This document shows positions 13,728-26,679 of a stretch of DNA of 64,000 nucleotides, piece after piece (within the stretch, counting starts at the first letter, position 1; each line of letters begins with the position of its first letter). The translations under genes and the position numbers were made by a program. This DNA is from Ginglymostoma cirratum (lineage: Eukaryota), in contig JAHRHZ010000140.1 in the NCBI GenBank assembly GCA_024137785.1, positions 21,647,451 through 21,711,450 on the forward strand, in the 5' to 3' direction. Under the pieces are notes generated by a model. That model saw only the letters and a list, made by a program, of their open reading frames with translations. It was not told where the DNA came from and ran no database searches.

Positions 13728-14002
13728 GTGTCATAGAGCTGTACAGCATGGAAACAGACCCTTCGGTCCAACTCATCCATGCTGACCAGATATCCTAAAT
13801 AAATCTACTCCCATTTGCCAGAATTTGGTCCATATCCCTCTAAACCCTTCCTATTCATATACCCATCCAGATGCCTTTTAAATGCTGTAACTGTACCAGC
13901 CTCCACCACTTCCTCTGGCAGCTCATTCCATTCACACAGCACCCTTTGCGTGTGGAAAAAGTTGCCCCTTAGGTTCCTTTTAAATCTTTCCTCTCTCATC
14001 TT
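13728..14002 (-). mobile_element. CR1 LINE 3' end (5'-truncated, relatively young)
   Basis: ORF RGNFFHTQRVLCEWNELPEEVVEAGTVTAFKRHLDGYM is the CR1 ORF2 C-terminus, followed by the 3' UTR. Confidence 0.92.
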
Positions 14003-16924
14003 CTTGCACCATACTTCCCTTGCTCATTTTAAAAAAACTTGTACATTAAAAATTAAAACTGGACATACATATCATTTTCTAATACCAAAAATGCTTGCAA
14101 CATAATAGATTGTGTTGCACATTTGATTTTACTGCAATGATAACCAAAACATCTATAACCAATACAATGTGCAGCTTACTTGTGGAAAAAAACCATTTTT
14201 CTTAATACCAGTACTGCTTTTAACTAAAATATCACTTGACAAGTAGTAAAGAAAATAACATTTCTTCTTCCCTTTTACATACTTTCTCTTTCTGTGGTTA
14301 TCTCCTTCGATTTCCATTAGTTGGGCTCTGGTTCTTCAACATCTAATTGGGTCAACCTAAACCTTAAATAACCAACGCCACTTAACAGTTGATACTATAA
14401 CATTAATTTACTTTGCCCTGCCAGTGGATTCTGTAATATCAGCAAAATTTTCTTTCTGACTTTCACTTTGAGCTATAGAAGAAATTTTGATTATAAGAGG
14501 TTCATCATGCTTTTCCTTTTATCAGATGTCCTCTTTTAAGCAGGTGACACTGGCACTGGAGAGTCTGCGTCCAATCTTTACTAGACATGTGAATGCATCC
14601 AGCCACTTTATAAGAATCATATACTTCTCCTCATAAGTTTAGTGGTTTTTGCCCTCCAACCTTTGAACCAATCCTCAGCTTTCAGCTTCACGTATCATGA
14701 TTCATCTTCATTTTGTCTGGCTTTTCTGTAACTTTGCAACCGATTTCAGCTTAAGCAAACTAAATCTTATCCTGGGCTGTGTTTAAGCATCAAATCATAC
14801 AATCAGAAATCTGCTGTATACTAGTGGGATATTCTGTAAAATCTGTAAATACAGGGAACTAGTCTGCAAAGAAAGACATGGAAATTATTGCCTAACTAGT
14901 TATCTAGCAAAAAAAAAAAAATCCTCAAAAGTAGTACAAAGTAATATTTCAACACTGGATGATATGATGACATTAGTGTGTCTGACTCTATTCTTCTCTG
15001 AAATATTGTCAACATTCCTAACATGAACTGTATACCAATATCTCAGCAACCCACAAATTGCAAGCAAACTTCTCAAAGACTCAACAGTTTTGGCACTACA
15101 GCATTATCTACTTGCTACAGTTATTGGCCAAAACAAGGTATCCTTTCCCTTCCACCTCAAAGAAATCAACATATAATTTGTTCCCACTGTTTATTTGATG
15201 CTAGATTGAAAATAACCTTTATTGGGTAATTTCTCTGTCCACATATGGACAAAAAAATAGTTGCATGCTATTGCTTTCGTATGGACTATCCCTCTGTGCC
15301 CATGATGGAATTCCTCTCTCTCTAAACTTCTGCGGAATGAGTCAAACGTCACAGGATACAGCCTTGATCTCTATTTGCTTCATTTCTACACACAAATTAC
15401 TTCCGCAAATCATCATACATTATAGGGTAAACATTTATTATATAACTGAACATTTTATTGAGTTACAGCTCTTAGATTACATCACTAATTTATCTGCCAG
15501 GTACGGGCACATCATTTGTGCATCTAAAGTTATTTAAAGTTAGCTCAATGGCTACAAAATTAATTTGTCTTCATAGGCACTGAATTCATATGATCTGCAG
15601 AAACAAAATATTTAATAGAGCATATGGTTAAGTTTATCATTTGGTCATCCTTGTTCGAAAGACTACTTTGTCCTCTCAATAATAAATGCTTATTTGCTGA
15701 TCCCTACTGTAAAAGAACTGAGCCTAGTTTAACTGTCTTCTGCTAATTCCTTCCTATTGAGGAGGCTTGGTTCACCCCTACTACTGCCAATGATTGTTTT
15801 ATGTTTAATTCACTTTAGAGTCCAATGAATGCCCACACACCTGTTTCCCTAGCCAAAGCTGCAACGGCCATAGAAATGTTCAGAGATTATATAATGCACC
15901 ATAAAAACACTGAACTTGGCAGACGGTATCATACTCTCTGAAGATAGCACACTAAGCACAAAAGGATAACTGAGTTATTCTAAAGCTCACAGCTGTGTTT
16001 TCTTTCTGGAATTAAGCTCCTAACATTTTTGAGTATCTTTACAAGGTCAAGCCATTGTAAGATGTGAACAAGTTGAATAAAGACGTTTTCATGTATTTAC
16101 TTTTTAAAAATTGTGTTCTCACTTGGCATTTCTATGACTTAAGACCATGTTTGTAGGTAATTCAGGTCACACAGCAGCCTCTCTGGTGATGTTAAAACTC
16201 TGCTTAACACTAATTTGAAAGTGGATCACCTGGGATTGACACATAGGGATTGTGTTGTACTGACATCGCTTTGGCACATTGGGTGACAGCGCAAAAAGCC
16301 ATCTAGCCACCGATGAGAGAAACAATTAATTTATCCTATTTCATTCACTTTGAGCCAAATGTGCAATCTTTGTAACTACACCTGTCGTCTTTGTTAAGGC
16401 TGCACTCCCCTACTGTTCCCAAATGAGTGTATGGTGCTGTTTTTTCAACTGTGCTGACTTATTGGGTATTTCAATTCAATGTGTACATGGAGCAACTTTC
16501 AAATTGCTCAAACTTCTTTTAAAAAAAAAATCAGCTTTACAAATTTCACACTGTGTCATAATGTTTTCAGTCCTAAATTTCTCAAATAAAAATTTCATCC
16601 CATCTAGGTCATCAGCTTTATGTTGCATGTTGCATGTTGCATGTACTAAGATTGAGGGCAGACTCAGCTGCAGGTCACCATGACTGGACTAACTTTATCT
16701 ACACCTCCCAAAAGAGAAGGCAACAGAACAGTATGTTCGGATCTTCCAGTTTACTACAAAATTGGTTCCTAAACTATCCAAGACAAAAGAAAAACAATTA
16801 AGTGTCACTCTAAATTTAGAACATCCAATAACGCCAGATATGCCAGGTTTGGTTCTATCACTTTTCACTTCATCATGGCCATGAAAAACGTGCATGATGC
16901 TTTTCCTTTAAATTGTTCATGGGT

Positions 16925-17230
16925 AAAGTTCATGAGGTAAGATGCTGGCATTGATGAGCCCTAATTTCCCTCTAGAAAGTGGCTCTGGGTTTACGCTTTT
17001 GAACTGCTGCAGTCCATCTGGTGTAGCTACATCCATACCAGTGTTGGAGAACAAGCTGCAGGACTTTGACACAATGGCAGTGCAAGTAGGCAGGACAGCT
17101 GAGCAACTTGGTGGTGGTGCTCCTGTGCATCTGCTGCTTTAGTTGTTCCCAGGTGGCAGAGGTCACAGGTCAAAAGCAGCTGCTGAGGAAATTCGATGAC
17201 TTGCTGTACTGCATTTACTGAATGTTTATA
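16925..17230 (-). mobile_element. Degraded LINE 3' fragment, same family as 23920-24112/25520-25725
   Basis: Reverse-complement similarity to 25560-25720 (ttgaactgctgcagtcc...ggactttgac). Confidence 0.5.
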
Positions 17231-17894
17231 GTGCTGGACAATGATGAATTATGACTTGGCCAGAAATATTGTAATTGCAGCACTATTTCATCATTATTAT
17301 TTTCCACACTAATCTCACAGATGCTAGCTACTATTATCCAAACACAAAAATAATCCAATCACAACTAGTCTTGTGGTTAGTGCAAAAGGTTCTGTCAGCT
17401 GAAGGGTAACTTCCACCTGGCATTAAGTTGCTTCCATGATATTACTATTGAACTACAGTTCAGGGAAAACAGTTTTAGGTTAATTGGTAATAAGCTCACT
17501 TGAGATTGACCTCTTCAATTTAGAAACAAAGATACAGAACTGAGAACTGATTCAGTTTGGTATCCTCATCAAGAATCAAGAAGGTACATTCGACAGCCGG
17601 TGCAGAAAGGCAATGTAAATGACAAGGGTCTGTTTATGTGAAGTCAGGGCATGAAACAGATACAACTCAGCCACAATTAAACAGTATGAATGAAACACTA
17701 CGTCAGATCACCAATCGGGGTTGAGAAACACATCAGCTACGATCAAATGGTGGAGCATTCTCAGTGGGTTAAATTGCCTAATTCTGCTCCGCTATCTTCT
17801 GGTCTTATGGAGCAGTCAAATACCTGGAGACCTGAACAATGATCCTAATGAGGTACAAGTGTTAATTATTAGGAAGTCCACTAACATGAGTACA

Positions 17895-18830
17895 GTCAGA
17901 GTCAAACAGCACAGAAACTTGTCCAAATCGTCCATGCCAACCAAGTTTCCCAAACTGAACTAATCCCGCTTGCCCGCATTTGACCCGTATCCCTCTAAAC
18001 CTTTCCTATTCATGTACCTACTCAAATGTCTATTAAATGTTGTAACCGTTATCAACCTCTACCAATTCCCCTGGTTTTGCATCATCTGAAAGATTTATGA
18101 TGTTTCTCTATAGTCTAAGTTACTTAAATAGATTGAAAGAATAACAGGCCCAACACTGACCCAATCCAGTGCAGACAGTCTCCCTCTCTGAAAAATAGCC
18201 ATTTGCTATCCTGCTTTGCTTCATGTCATTGAGCCAATTTTGTATCCATACCTCTTTCCTTTTAATTCCAGGGCTTCAATCTTCTTACCAAATTTCTGTA
18301 TTGCACCCAGTAAGTCTATTTATCTTGACCAACCTTTTCTTTATCACATAAAATAAAAATTCAATCAAGTTAGATTAGCTTTAACAAATACATGCTAGCT
18401 CACCTTATTGGCCCATTTTTTCCAACTGAAAATTTATTTTGTTTTTTTGTAATTGTTTCTGATAACTTGATTGTGCTTTCTTGGTTCATATGTTTTCCTG
18501 CTTTTTGAATAATGATAAACTATTTACAACTATCCAGTACTATACCAATATCCAACGCAGTCTGAAAGATTGTGACCAATATCTAACTAGATCTACTTTT
18601 TGATATTATGTAAAATACTATCTTTCAGCAAACCAGAATGAATTCTATCAGGACCAGATGACTCAGTGATTTACAGTAGCGCTGATCTTTTACCACATCT
18701 TCTCTATCTATAATTGCTTTGTGTGTAACTTCTCTTTGGAAGCAGAAAACGAGCGGGTTTCACTAAAAGAAGAAAGAAGTACTTACTTAAACCATGTTCT
18801 CTGCTTCTACGAGAAAATTTCCCTTTGGGG
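17895..18830 (-). mobile_element. CR1 3' end (17895-18075) abutting an older CR1 RT fragment
   Basis: atccctctaaacctttcctattcatgtacc is shared with the 13728 and 24116 copies. Downstream caggcccaacactgacc and ttgagccaattttgtatcca are CR1 RT remnants. Confidence 0.7.
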
Positions 18831-19049
18831 TATTAAACAATAAAACCTGCTCCAAAGGGATATTTACTGTGCTAAATGAGTTATTTTTAGGTGCGTTCCA
18901 CTAGTCACTACCAAGATGATACCGCTTCACCTAAAAGTTAACACAATTTTTTACAAAACAGCAATTGTAACACAACCTCATTCCTTCAGACTTTGGATTC
19001 CTGCACATTAGTCCAACAGATGGAACAAATGTTGATCTCATTGCATCAA

Positions 19050-19850
19050 AGACTGGACAAAGTTTCCAGCATGATGCGATTACCAGATATCTTCCCTTTC
19101 AGCTTGCTGAAGGGATTGATCCCTCCACAAAACCCTGGTTTATTTGCAATAGAGTTGATAACAATTGCACTTTCACGCCCTCTCTTCACACCATCCAAGG
19201 CCCCAAACATTCTGAGGTGAAAGAGCAATTTACGCGTACTTCTTTTAAATTACTCTATATCTGTTGCTCAATGCAGTCTGCTCGACCTTAGGAGACTAAA
19301 TGCAAATAAGTTGAGAGCTTTGTGGGCTACCAAGTTGGCCACAAGCGTGAGCCTGAGATTTCAATCAAATTAATTCTCCAGCTTGCTCTTGAAACAGCTC
19401 AGCTTTCAGTTGACAGTTTACAACTTTCTAGGGCTAGTACAAGCTCAATAATTTCAGAGTGTAACCTTTAGACCTATGTTGTTTCCTGTTTCTTTGCAGG
19501 TTTTAATTTGTAGTGGCCAATGCACATTGAGACAGGCGAAAGAAAGCATTTTATGTTGGAGTGATAGTCACTTTAAGAGCTAGACACTAGACAGAAAAAT
19601 CCAAAGAACTGTGGATTGAAGTGAACTGTGGATTGAAGATGCAAGTGAGAAACAAAATCAGAAACTGTCGAATATGGTAGTCAGAACATTTCATCTGTTT
19701 AAATTTTGCAAACAAAAAAAATGCTTTAATAGAGATGAGAGAGATTACAAATTTATGAGTTATACCTTCCTTTTGCTGTTCCCAATTTATTTCCCTCATG
19801 TTGACCATGCTGAGTTGTGATAATTTTTGTCCTGCCTGATCCTGCACTTA
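19050..19850 (+). mobile_element. Highly degraded Penelope-like element remnant
   Basis: caatttacgcgtacttcttttaaattactcta...tgttgctcaatgcagtctgctc...ggagactaaatgcaaa resembles a decayed FTCTS-N-VY-I-C-C-YIGETKR GIY-YIG coding segment. Confidence 0.5.
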
Positions 19851-20443
19851 CCAAGCATCTACACTCATGTTTTACTAGAAGTAACCAATTAGTAATCAAG
19901 AACTGTAACAATTCTCGCTAATCCAGGAACACAGGACTTTGTAGGTGCTTCATCCAGAATAGCATGAAATAGTAAACTGATGGGGTCAATATCCACTTCT
20001 ATAAACTGGAACACTAATCTTCCACCAATGAAATTAAGATCAGCTAATTTCTTCCCATTCCGTTAGGTTGAGTTCGTTTATTGGATTTCATTATTACTGC
20101 CATTTTTTCAATCCATCAGGATTCATCTGTAGTAATATCCAAGTGGCTTTCAAGTCTCTTGAATTGTGTCACACCACTCAGCTTTGGTGAGAGTGGGAAA
20201 CTGCATAATAAGCAAAGCAGCATTTTTTACCTTTCCCTCCAATTTCCATGACATCATCAAATTTTGAAAATTCGATTTGATGTCCTAGGGCATCAGATCC
20301 TCTGTACGTATTTGTGAAATTTGAAAAGGTCAGGATTTTTCTGTGGCAATAACAACAGAACAGCCCATAGCACAGGCAAGAACCATGCGTGACTTGAAGC
20401 CATGATGGGGAGGTGCTGGTGTGAGACTGGGTTGGAGACGGTC

Positions 20444-21750
20444 AAAAGTCACACAACACCGGGTTATAGTCCAACAGGTTTATTTGAAAACACTAGCTTT
20501 CGGAGCACTGCTCCTTCCTCAGGTGTAATGGGACAGGAGGTATCAAGACACAAAATTTGTAAGTAAAAGATCAAATGGAACATAACAACTCGTGCGAATG
20601 TATTGAATAAACCTAGAATGGCTGGCTGTCTCCCTCCTGTTAAAAAGGAGATGAAGGTTTCAATTGATTAAAATATAAATCCCAGAAGTTCTTTCAAGTT
20701 ACTGCACCGAGATAACTAAAGGTTTTATCAGAGTACACAAGAGGTGACATCTCAGGTCAGGCAATGCATTTTAGGTGAGAGGCCTTGTTCAGAATCTGTG
20801 TGTTTTTTAAATCTGGAATCAGACTGGTTTTATTTCCAAAGCAGGAATTTATAAAATGCCCCTTTGACTGACTGCGTCTACAAACTGTGTTCTTTTTGAA
20901 CAAATTAGAATATATCTGCAAATTCAAATCTGTAAATGCAAATTCACGCCAAGATAGAGTGCGCGAGCCACAGCATGAGCGCACGAGCCAGAGTGTGAGA
21001 GTGAGCCAGAGAGTGCGGGAGTGGGTGTGTGCATGCACAAGAGACAGGGTCTGAGTAAGTGTTTGAGTGTATTTGTATGAGAGTGTGTGAGAGCATGTAT
21101 AGTGTGGTGGGGTCATCTGTACTGCCACATAAACCCAAGATCATGGTTGAGACCATCTTCATGGGTATCAAACTTGGCTATCCGCCTCTGCTCGGCGATT
21201 CTGCATTGTTGTGTATCCTCAAGTCCGCCTTGGAGGGCGTTTATCTGAAGGTCCGAGCCCAAATGCCCTTGTTGCTGAAGTGTTCCCCCACTGGAAGGGA
21301 ACATCGCTGTCTGATGATTGTTGCACGGTGTCCATTTATCCATTGTCGTAGAGTCTGCATGGTTTCATCAATATACCATGTCTCAGGACATCCTTGCCTG
21401 CAGCGTATGAGATAGACATTGTCGGCCAAGTCACATGGCTGTCTGCCGTCACATGGTGGGTGGCGTTCCCATGTGTGGTGGTAGTGTCCATGTCGATGAT
21501 CTGCCGTGTCTTGCAGAAGTTGCCATGCAGGGTTGTGTGGTGTTGTGGTCGATGTTGTCCTAAAGGCTGGGTAGTTTGCTTGAAACAATGGTTTGTTTAA
21601 GGTTTGCCAGTTGTTTAAAGATGAGAAGTGGAGACATAGGGAAGATCTTGGTGACGTGCTCATCGTCAATGTGTTGAAGGCTACAAAGAATGTGGTGTAG
21701 TTTCTCCGCTCCAGGGAAGTACTGGATAACAAAGGGTACTGTATCGGTTG
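20444..21750 (-). mobile_element. Penelope-like retroelement, 5'-truncated: GIY-YIG endonuclease remnant, (CA/CT)n-rich 3' region, terminal repeat with hammerhead motif
   Basis: ORF 21241..21732 contains NVYLIRCRQGCPETWYIDETMQTLRQWINGHR...LPVGEHFS. The frameshifted continuation is AEQRRIAKFDTHEDGLNHDLGF. Confidence 0.9.
20490..20526 (-). ncRNA. Minimal type I hammerhead ribozyme motif of a Penelope-like element
   Basis: acac-CTGAGGA-A-GGAGC(AGT)GCTCC-GAAA-GCTA-gtgt: intact core boxes, paired stem II, palindromic AGCT stem III, 4-bp stem I, CUA cleavage triplet. Confidence 0.8.
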
Positions 21751-21879
21751 TGACTTGAATAGTTACATTGAGGTGTTACTACATATTCCTGAAGCAAGTG
21801 AGACTTGAATTAGGTCTGCTGGTCCCAAGGTAGAGACACGACCTATGCACCTTAAGAGCCCACATCTGAACATCAAATG

Positions 21880-23915
21880 GACAAATCAAATTGGCAAACT
21901 TAGCCTGGAGAATGAGCTTGTTCTAGACAGCTTCTTACAACAAAATATTCTAGAACCCACTAGGAAACAGACTAATTTGGTTTTGGTAATTTGATAAAAC
22001 AGTATCAATTAAAGATCTAATAATAAAGGATCGTTTAGTCAAGAGTAAGCATAACATGGCAGAATTTCAGATTCAGTTTGACAGTGAGAAATGAGAATCC
22101 AATCCTCAACTTAAATAAAGACAATGACGAGTTGTTGAGAGCAGACTGGCTGTGTAGGTTACAATGAATGATGGTTGGGAAAACACTGGCAGACATTTAA
22201 AGGAGATATTTTGTAACTTCCGACTAAGACATATTCCAAATGAGGAAGAAAAATGACGAGAAGGAAGTACCAATCACGGTTAAATAAGGCAGTTAACAAA
22301 AGAAAGGGGTTATTATGACAGAAAGATTAGTCGGGGAGAACTTGTGTATGAGAGAAAATTAACAAGAAATATAAAAACCAACAGCAAAAACTTCTATAAT
22401 TGAGCATCCCTCAAAAGGTGAGATTTAGAATTAATCATGGGTTAAAAGGAAATGGAAGTCACTTTCAGCAAATGTTCTGATCACTCTTCACGATACAAAA
22501 GCCAAAAGGGATCCCAAGAAAAATGGAAAATTGCAAGGCAAAGAGGAGGAACTTAAAATAATCATTATTACTAGAGAAAAGTAATGGGACTCCTTAAGGT
22601 TGCCAAGATATCTGGACCGCATAAGCATATGAATCATAAAATCCCTAGAGTGTGGAAACAGGCCCTTAGGCCCAACAAGTCCACACCAACCATCAGAGCT
22701 TCCCACCCAGGCCCATCCCCCAATAACCCACCTAATCTACACATCCCTGAACACTACGGACAATTTAGCATGGCCAATTCACCTAGCCTGCACATCTTTG
22801 GACTGTGGGAGGAAACCAGAGCAAACCCAAGCAGCCACAGGGAAAGAATGTACAAACTCCACACAGACAGTTGCCCAAGGGTGGAATCGAACCTAGGACC
22901 CTGGTGCTATGAGGCAGCAGTGCTAACCACCGAGCCACTGTGTCTCCTAGGACTGATGCAATTGTAATCTTACAAAATCTCCAGATTCTGCAATGGTCCT
23001 GGCAGATTGGAAAACTACAAATGTAACCTTTCTGTTCAAGGGAAGAGGGGGACAGAAAATAGGGAACTATTGGCCAGTTACTCTAACGTCTGTCATTGGG
23101 AAAATACTAGATATACATAATAAAGAGGTAGTAGCAGGACATTTAGAAAGTTATGATACAGAGTCAACGTGCTTTTGTGAAGGGAATCAATGCTTGACAA
23201 ACTTATTAGACTTCTTTAAGGATGTAGCAAGCAGGGTAAATAAAGAGGAACCTGCAGGTGTTGTATATTTGGATTACCAGTAACATAAGGTGGTGTGTAA
23301 AAGGTTAATACACAATATGAGAAGTTATGGTATTGATGTGATATTCAACCAGATAATGGAAACAGATTGTTGGGATTGTTATAGTTATTATAATCAATTT
23401 ACTCAGATATGTTGTAACGTAAATCCAGAGCGAATGAGACATAAATGTGGATCTTCTGGCTCAGAATGGGTCACGTTCAGGTTGACAAACTCTAAATAGT
23501 GGAGTACCATAGGGATCCGTTCTCAGCCTCAGTTAGATTTACGATCTAGATTAATGATTTGGATGAAGGGACTATTGAATTGTATCCTAATTTGCTGATG
23601 TTGTTATGAAAGTAGGTAGAAAAGCAAGTGTGAGGAGGATATAAAGAATCTACAGAGGGATACAGATAGGTTAAATGAGAGAAAAAAATGGCAGGTGGAA
23701 TATAATGTGGAAAATCGTTATGTTGTCCACTTCAGCAGGGTGAATAGGAAAACAGATTTTTAAATAAAGGGATTGCAGCATGCTGCAGTGCATAAGTATC
23801 TGGGTGTCCTCGAATATGAATCACACAAATTCATCATTCAAGTAATTAAGGGGGCAAACAAAATGTTGGCCCTTATTGCAAGGGGGCCGAGTACAAAAAA
23901 AAATGGAAGTTTTGC
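21880..23915 (+). mobile_element. Old CR1 LINE ORF2, 5' part (continues at 25730-26215)
   Basis: ORF DWKTTNVTFLFKG...GNYWPVTLTSVIGKIL...CLTNLLDFF...VVYLDYQ, then a ggagtaccatagggatc (GVPQGS-like) motif. Confidence 0.88.
22631..22942 (-). mobile_element. HE1-like tRNA-derived V-SINE inserted into CR1
   Basis: Head with A box TGGCTCGGTGG and B box GGTTCGATTCC, central tttcctcccacagtccaaagatgtgcagg domain, CR1-like tail. Confidence 0.88.
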
Positions 23916-23919
23916 TACA

Positions 23920-25725
23920 CGTTCTGACATCTGGAGTGGCCTCTGCACCATCAACACACAGCAACACCAGGGTGCACCACCTACAAGATATACTGCAGTA
24001 ACTTAGCACTTTCTAAACTCCCTGATCTTTACAATCTGGAAGCTCAAGGCCAGCAAATGCATGGGAAAGTCATCAACTGAAAGTTCACCTCCAAGCTACT
24101 CACCACTCTGATTTACAGTCAGAGATATATAGCATGGTGACAGACCTTTCGATCTAACTCTCCCATGCTGACCAGATATCCTACATAAATCTAGTTCCAT
24201 TTGCCAGCATTTGGTCTGTATCCCTCTAAACTGTTCCTATTCATATACCCATCCAGATGTCTTTTAAATGTTGTAATCGTACCAGACTCCATCACTTACT
24301 GTGGCAGCTTATTCCATACATGTACCACTCTCTGTGTGAGGAAGCTGCCCCTTTCGGTCCTTTTTATATCTCTCCCTTTTCACCTTAAACCTATGCCCTC
24401 TAATTTTGGACTCCCCCAGCCCAGGGAAAAGTTCTTGCCTATTCACGTCACACATTATTTTATAAACCTCTATAAGGTCACCCTTTAGCTTTGACGCTCC
24501 AGGGAAAATAGCCCCAGCCAAATCAATGTCCTGTACAGTCGCAACATGACCTCCCAACTCAAAAACTCAATGCACTCACCAATAAGGGCAAACATACCAA
24601 ACACCGCCTTCACTATCCTATCTACCTACGACTCCACTTTCAAGGAACCATGAACCTGCACTCCAAGATCTCTTTGTTCAGTAACACTCCCCAGGACCTT
24701 ATCATTAAATGTATATGCCCTGCCCTGATTTGCCTGAATAAAATGCAGCATCTCACATTTATCTAAATTAAACTCCATCTGCCACTCCTCAGCCCATTGG
24801 CCAACATGATCAATATCCCATTGTACTCTGAGATAACCTTTGTCTCTGTCCACTACACCTCCAATTTTAGTGTTATCTGCAAACTTACTAACCATACCTC
24901 ATATGTTCATATCCAAAACATTTATATAATGACAAAAAGCAGTGGACCCAGCACTGACCCTTGTGGCACACCACCGGGCATAGGCCTCCAGTCTGAAAAG
25001 CAACCCTCCATGACCACCCTCTGTCCTCTACCTTTGAGCCAGTTCTACATCGAAATAGCTAGTTCCCCCAGTATTCTTTGTGACCTAACTTTGCTAGTCA
25101 GTCTACCATATGAACCTTGTCAAATGCCTAACTGAAGTCCAAATAGAGCACATCCACCGCTCTGCCATCATCCTCTTTGTTACTTCAAAAAACTCAATCA
25201 AGTTAGTGAGCCACAATTTCCCATGCATAAAGCCTTGTTGACTATCCCTAATCAGTCCGTGTCTTTTCAAGGACATGTAAATCCTGTCCCTCAGGATTCC
25301 TACCAACAACTGGCCCACCACGGATGTCAGGCTCACTGGTCTATTGTTCCCTGGCTTTTCCTTACCAGGTTTCTTAAATAGTGAGGCAACATTAGCCAAC
25401 CTCCAGTCTTCCAGCACTTCACCTTTGGCTGTTGATGATATGAATATCTCAGCAAGGGGCCCAGCAATCTCTTCCCTCGCTGATCAAGTCCCAATGATTT
25501 ATCCACCTTAGAGTTTTAAACTTGAAAGTATGTCACCATCCCTACATTTCTGCTCAGTAAAAATCCTGGAACAGCTTCTTGACAGTACCGTGGATGTTCC
25601 TATATCCCAAGCACTGCAGAAGTTTAAGAAGGTAGCTCACCCTGTTTTCTCCAGAGAACTGAAATTTGGGCAATAAATGCTGGCCTACCCAGTGACACTC
25701 ATGTCCCATAAATGAACAAAAAAAA
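23920..25725 (+). mobile_element. LINE 3' fragment split by a CR1 insertion (halves ~23920-24112 and ~25520-25725)
   Basis: The halves join into a continuous sequence ending gggcaataaatgctggcctacccagtgacactcatgtcccataaatgaac-polyA. Confidence 0.65.
24116..25510 (-). mobile_element. Younger CR1 LINE fragment (RT domain to 3' end)
   Basis: ORFs DWRLANVASLFKK...NNRPVSLTSVVG, SKFADNTKIGGVVD...EWQMEFNLDKCE and KGDLIEVYKIM. Confidence 0.93.
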
Positions 25726-25729
25726 TCCA

Positions 25730-26215
25730 CCATTCTGGTGCAAATAAGAGGGGGCAGTTTTACTGGAAGCTGTACAGAGAAGGTTCATTAAGCTAATTCT
25801 TGGTATGTGGGGCTTGTCTTATGAGGAAAGGGAAGGGCCAAACTCAACAGGAGTTTAGAAGATTGAGAGGTGATCTAATTGAAACCTAAAAGATTCTTAA
25901 ACAGCTTGATAGGCTAGATGCTGGAAGGATTTTTCTTCTCACGTACAACTGTAGAATTGAGAGCACCACTTAAACAAAAAGAGTCACCCATTGAAGAGGG
26001 AGATGAGAGGGTCGCTGATGTTTCAAACATGTCTTCCACTGCTTACAAGGAAACAGTGCCATTGAAAAGTTGAATCAGACAGATTTTTCATTAATGAGGC
26101 AGTTATGGGAAGCAGGTAGGAAAGTAGAGTTAAGGTTTCAAACAGACCAGCTAATATCATGTTGCATAGTGGCACAGGCTCAATGGGATGCTCCTGTTCC
26201 TGTTTCTTGCATTTA
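25730..26215 (+). mobile_element. Old CR1 LINE, 3' part
   Basis: gagtttagaagattgagaggtgatctaattgaaac (RLRGDLIE motif) followed by a 3' UTR-like end. Confidence 0.75.
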
Positions 26216-26679
26216 CTATCTTTCTAAAACCAACAGGAACTTCTGGAGTCTGCATAGACAGCAAAATGTGAAACTCCAGAGCATTTTGTGGGTGATTGTG
26301 TTTTTCCAGGTGGTGTACTGTAGAAATCCTGAGTGTACTACGTAAAATCACTGAACTATGAGAACATGCCTTTTAATTTACTAGTCCTGAAAAGGTTATC
26401 CCATATTGAATGAAGTGTTACTGTACGAAGCTCATAATTGCTACTGAATAACCTCTTTGGGTCCAGAACTTCCTCAGCAATGTAGTTCTTTAAGTTATGT
26501 TTTATAGCATCTATTACACACTCCAAGTCTTGTCGTGTACAGGTAAAGGTAACCATTAACACAAACTGCTCTCAAACAAGATTATTTGAGGAATGTCATG
26601 ATACTCCATTACAATGTATTAAAGAAACTTTGTAAGATGGTTTTGTAAAACGATTTATAGAAATGTTTCCAATCTGTTG

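Noticed and set aside
16620-19638. Small tandem duplications: (TGTTGCA)3 at about 16621 and gaactgtggattgaag x2 at about 19606-19638
   Set aside because: Ordinary slippage repeats; no spacer array or CRISPR-like structure anywhere in this eukaryotic window.
22870-22942. tRNA gene-like A and B boxes
   Set aside because: This is the head of an HE1-like SINE, continuous with the SINE body, not a stand-alone tRNA.
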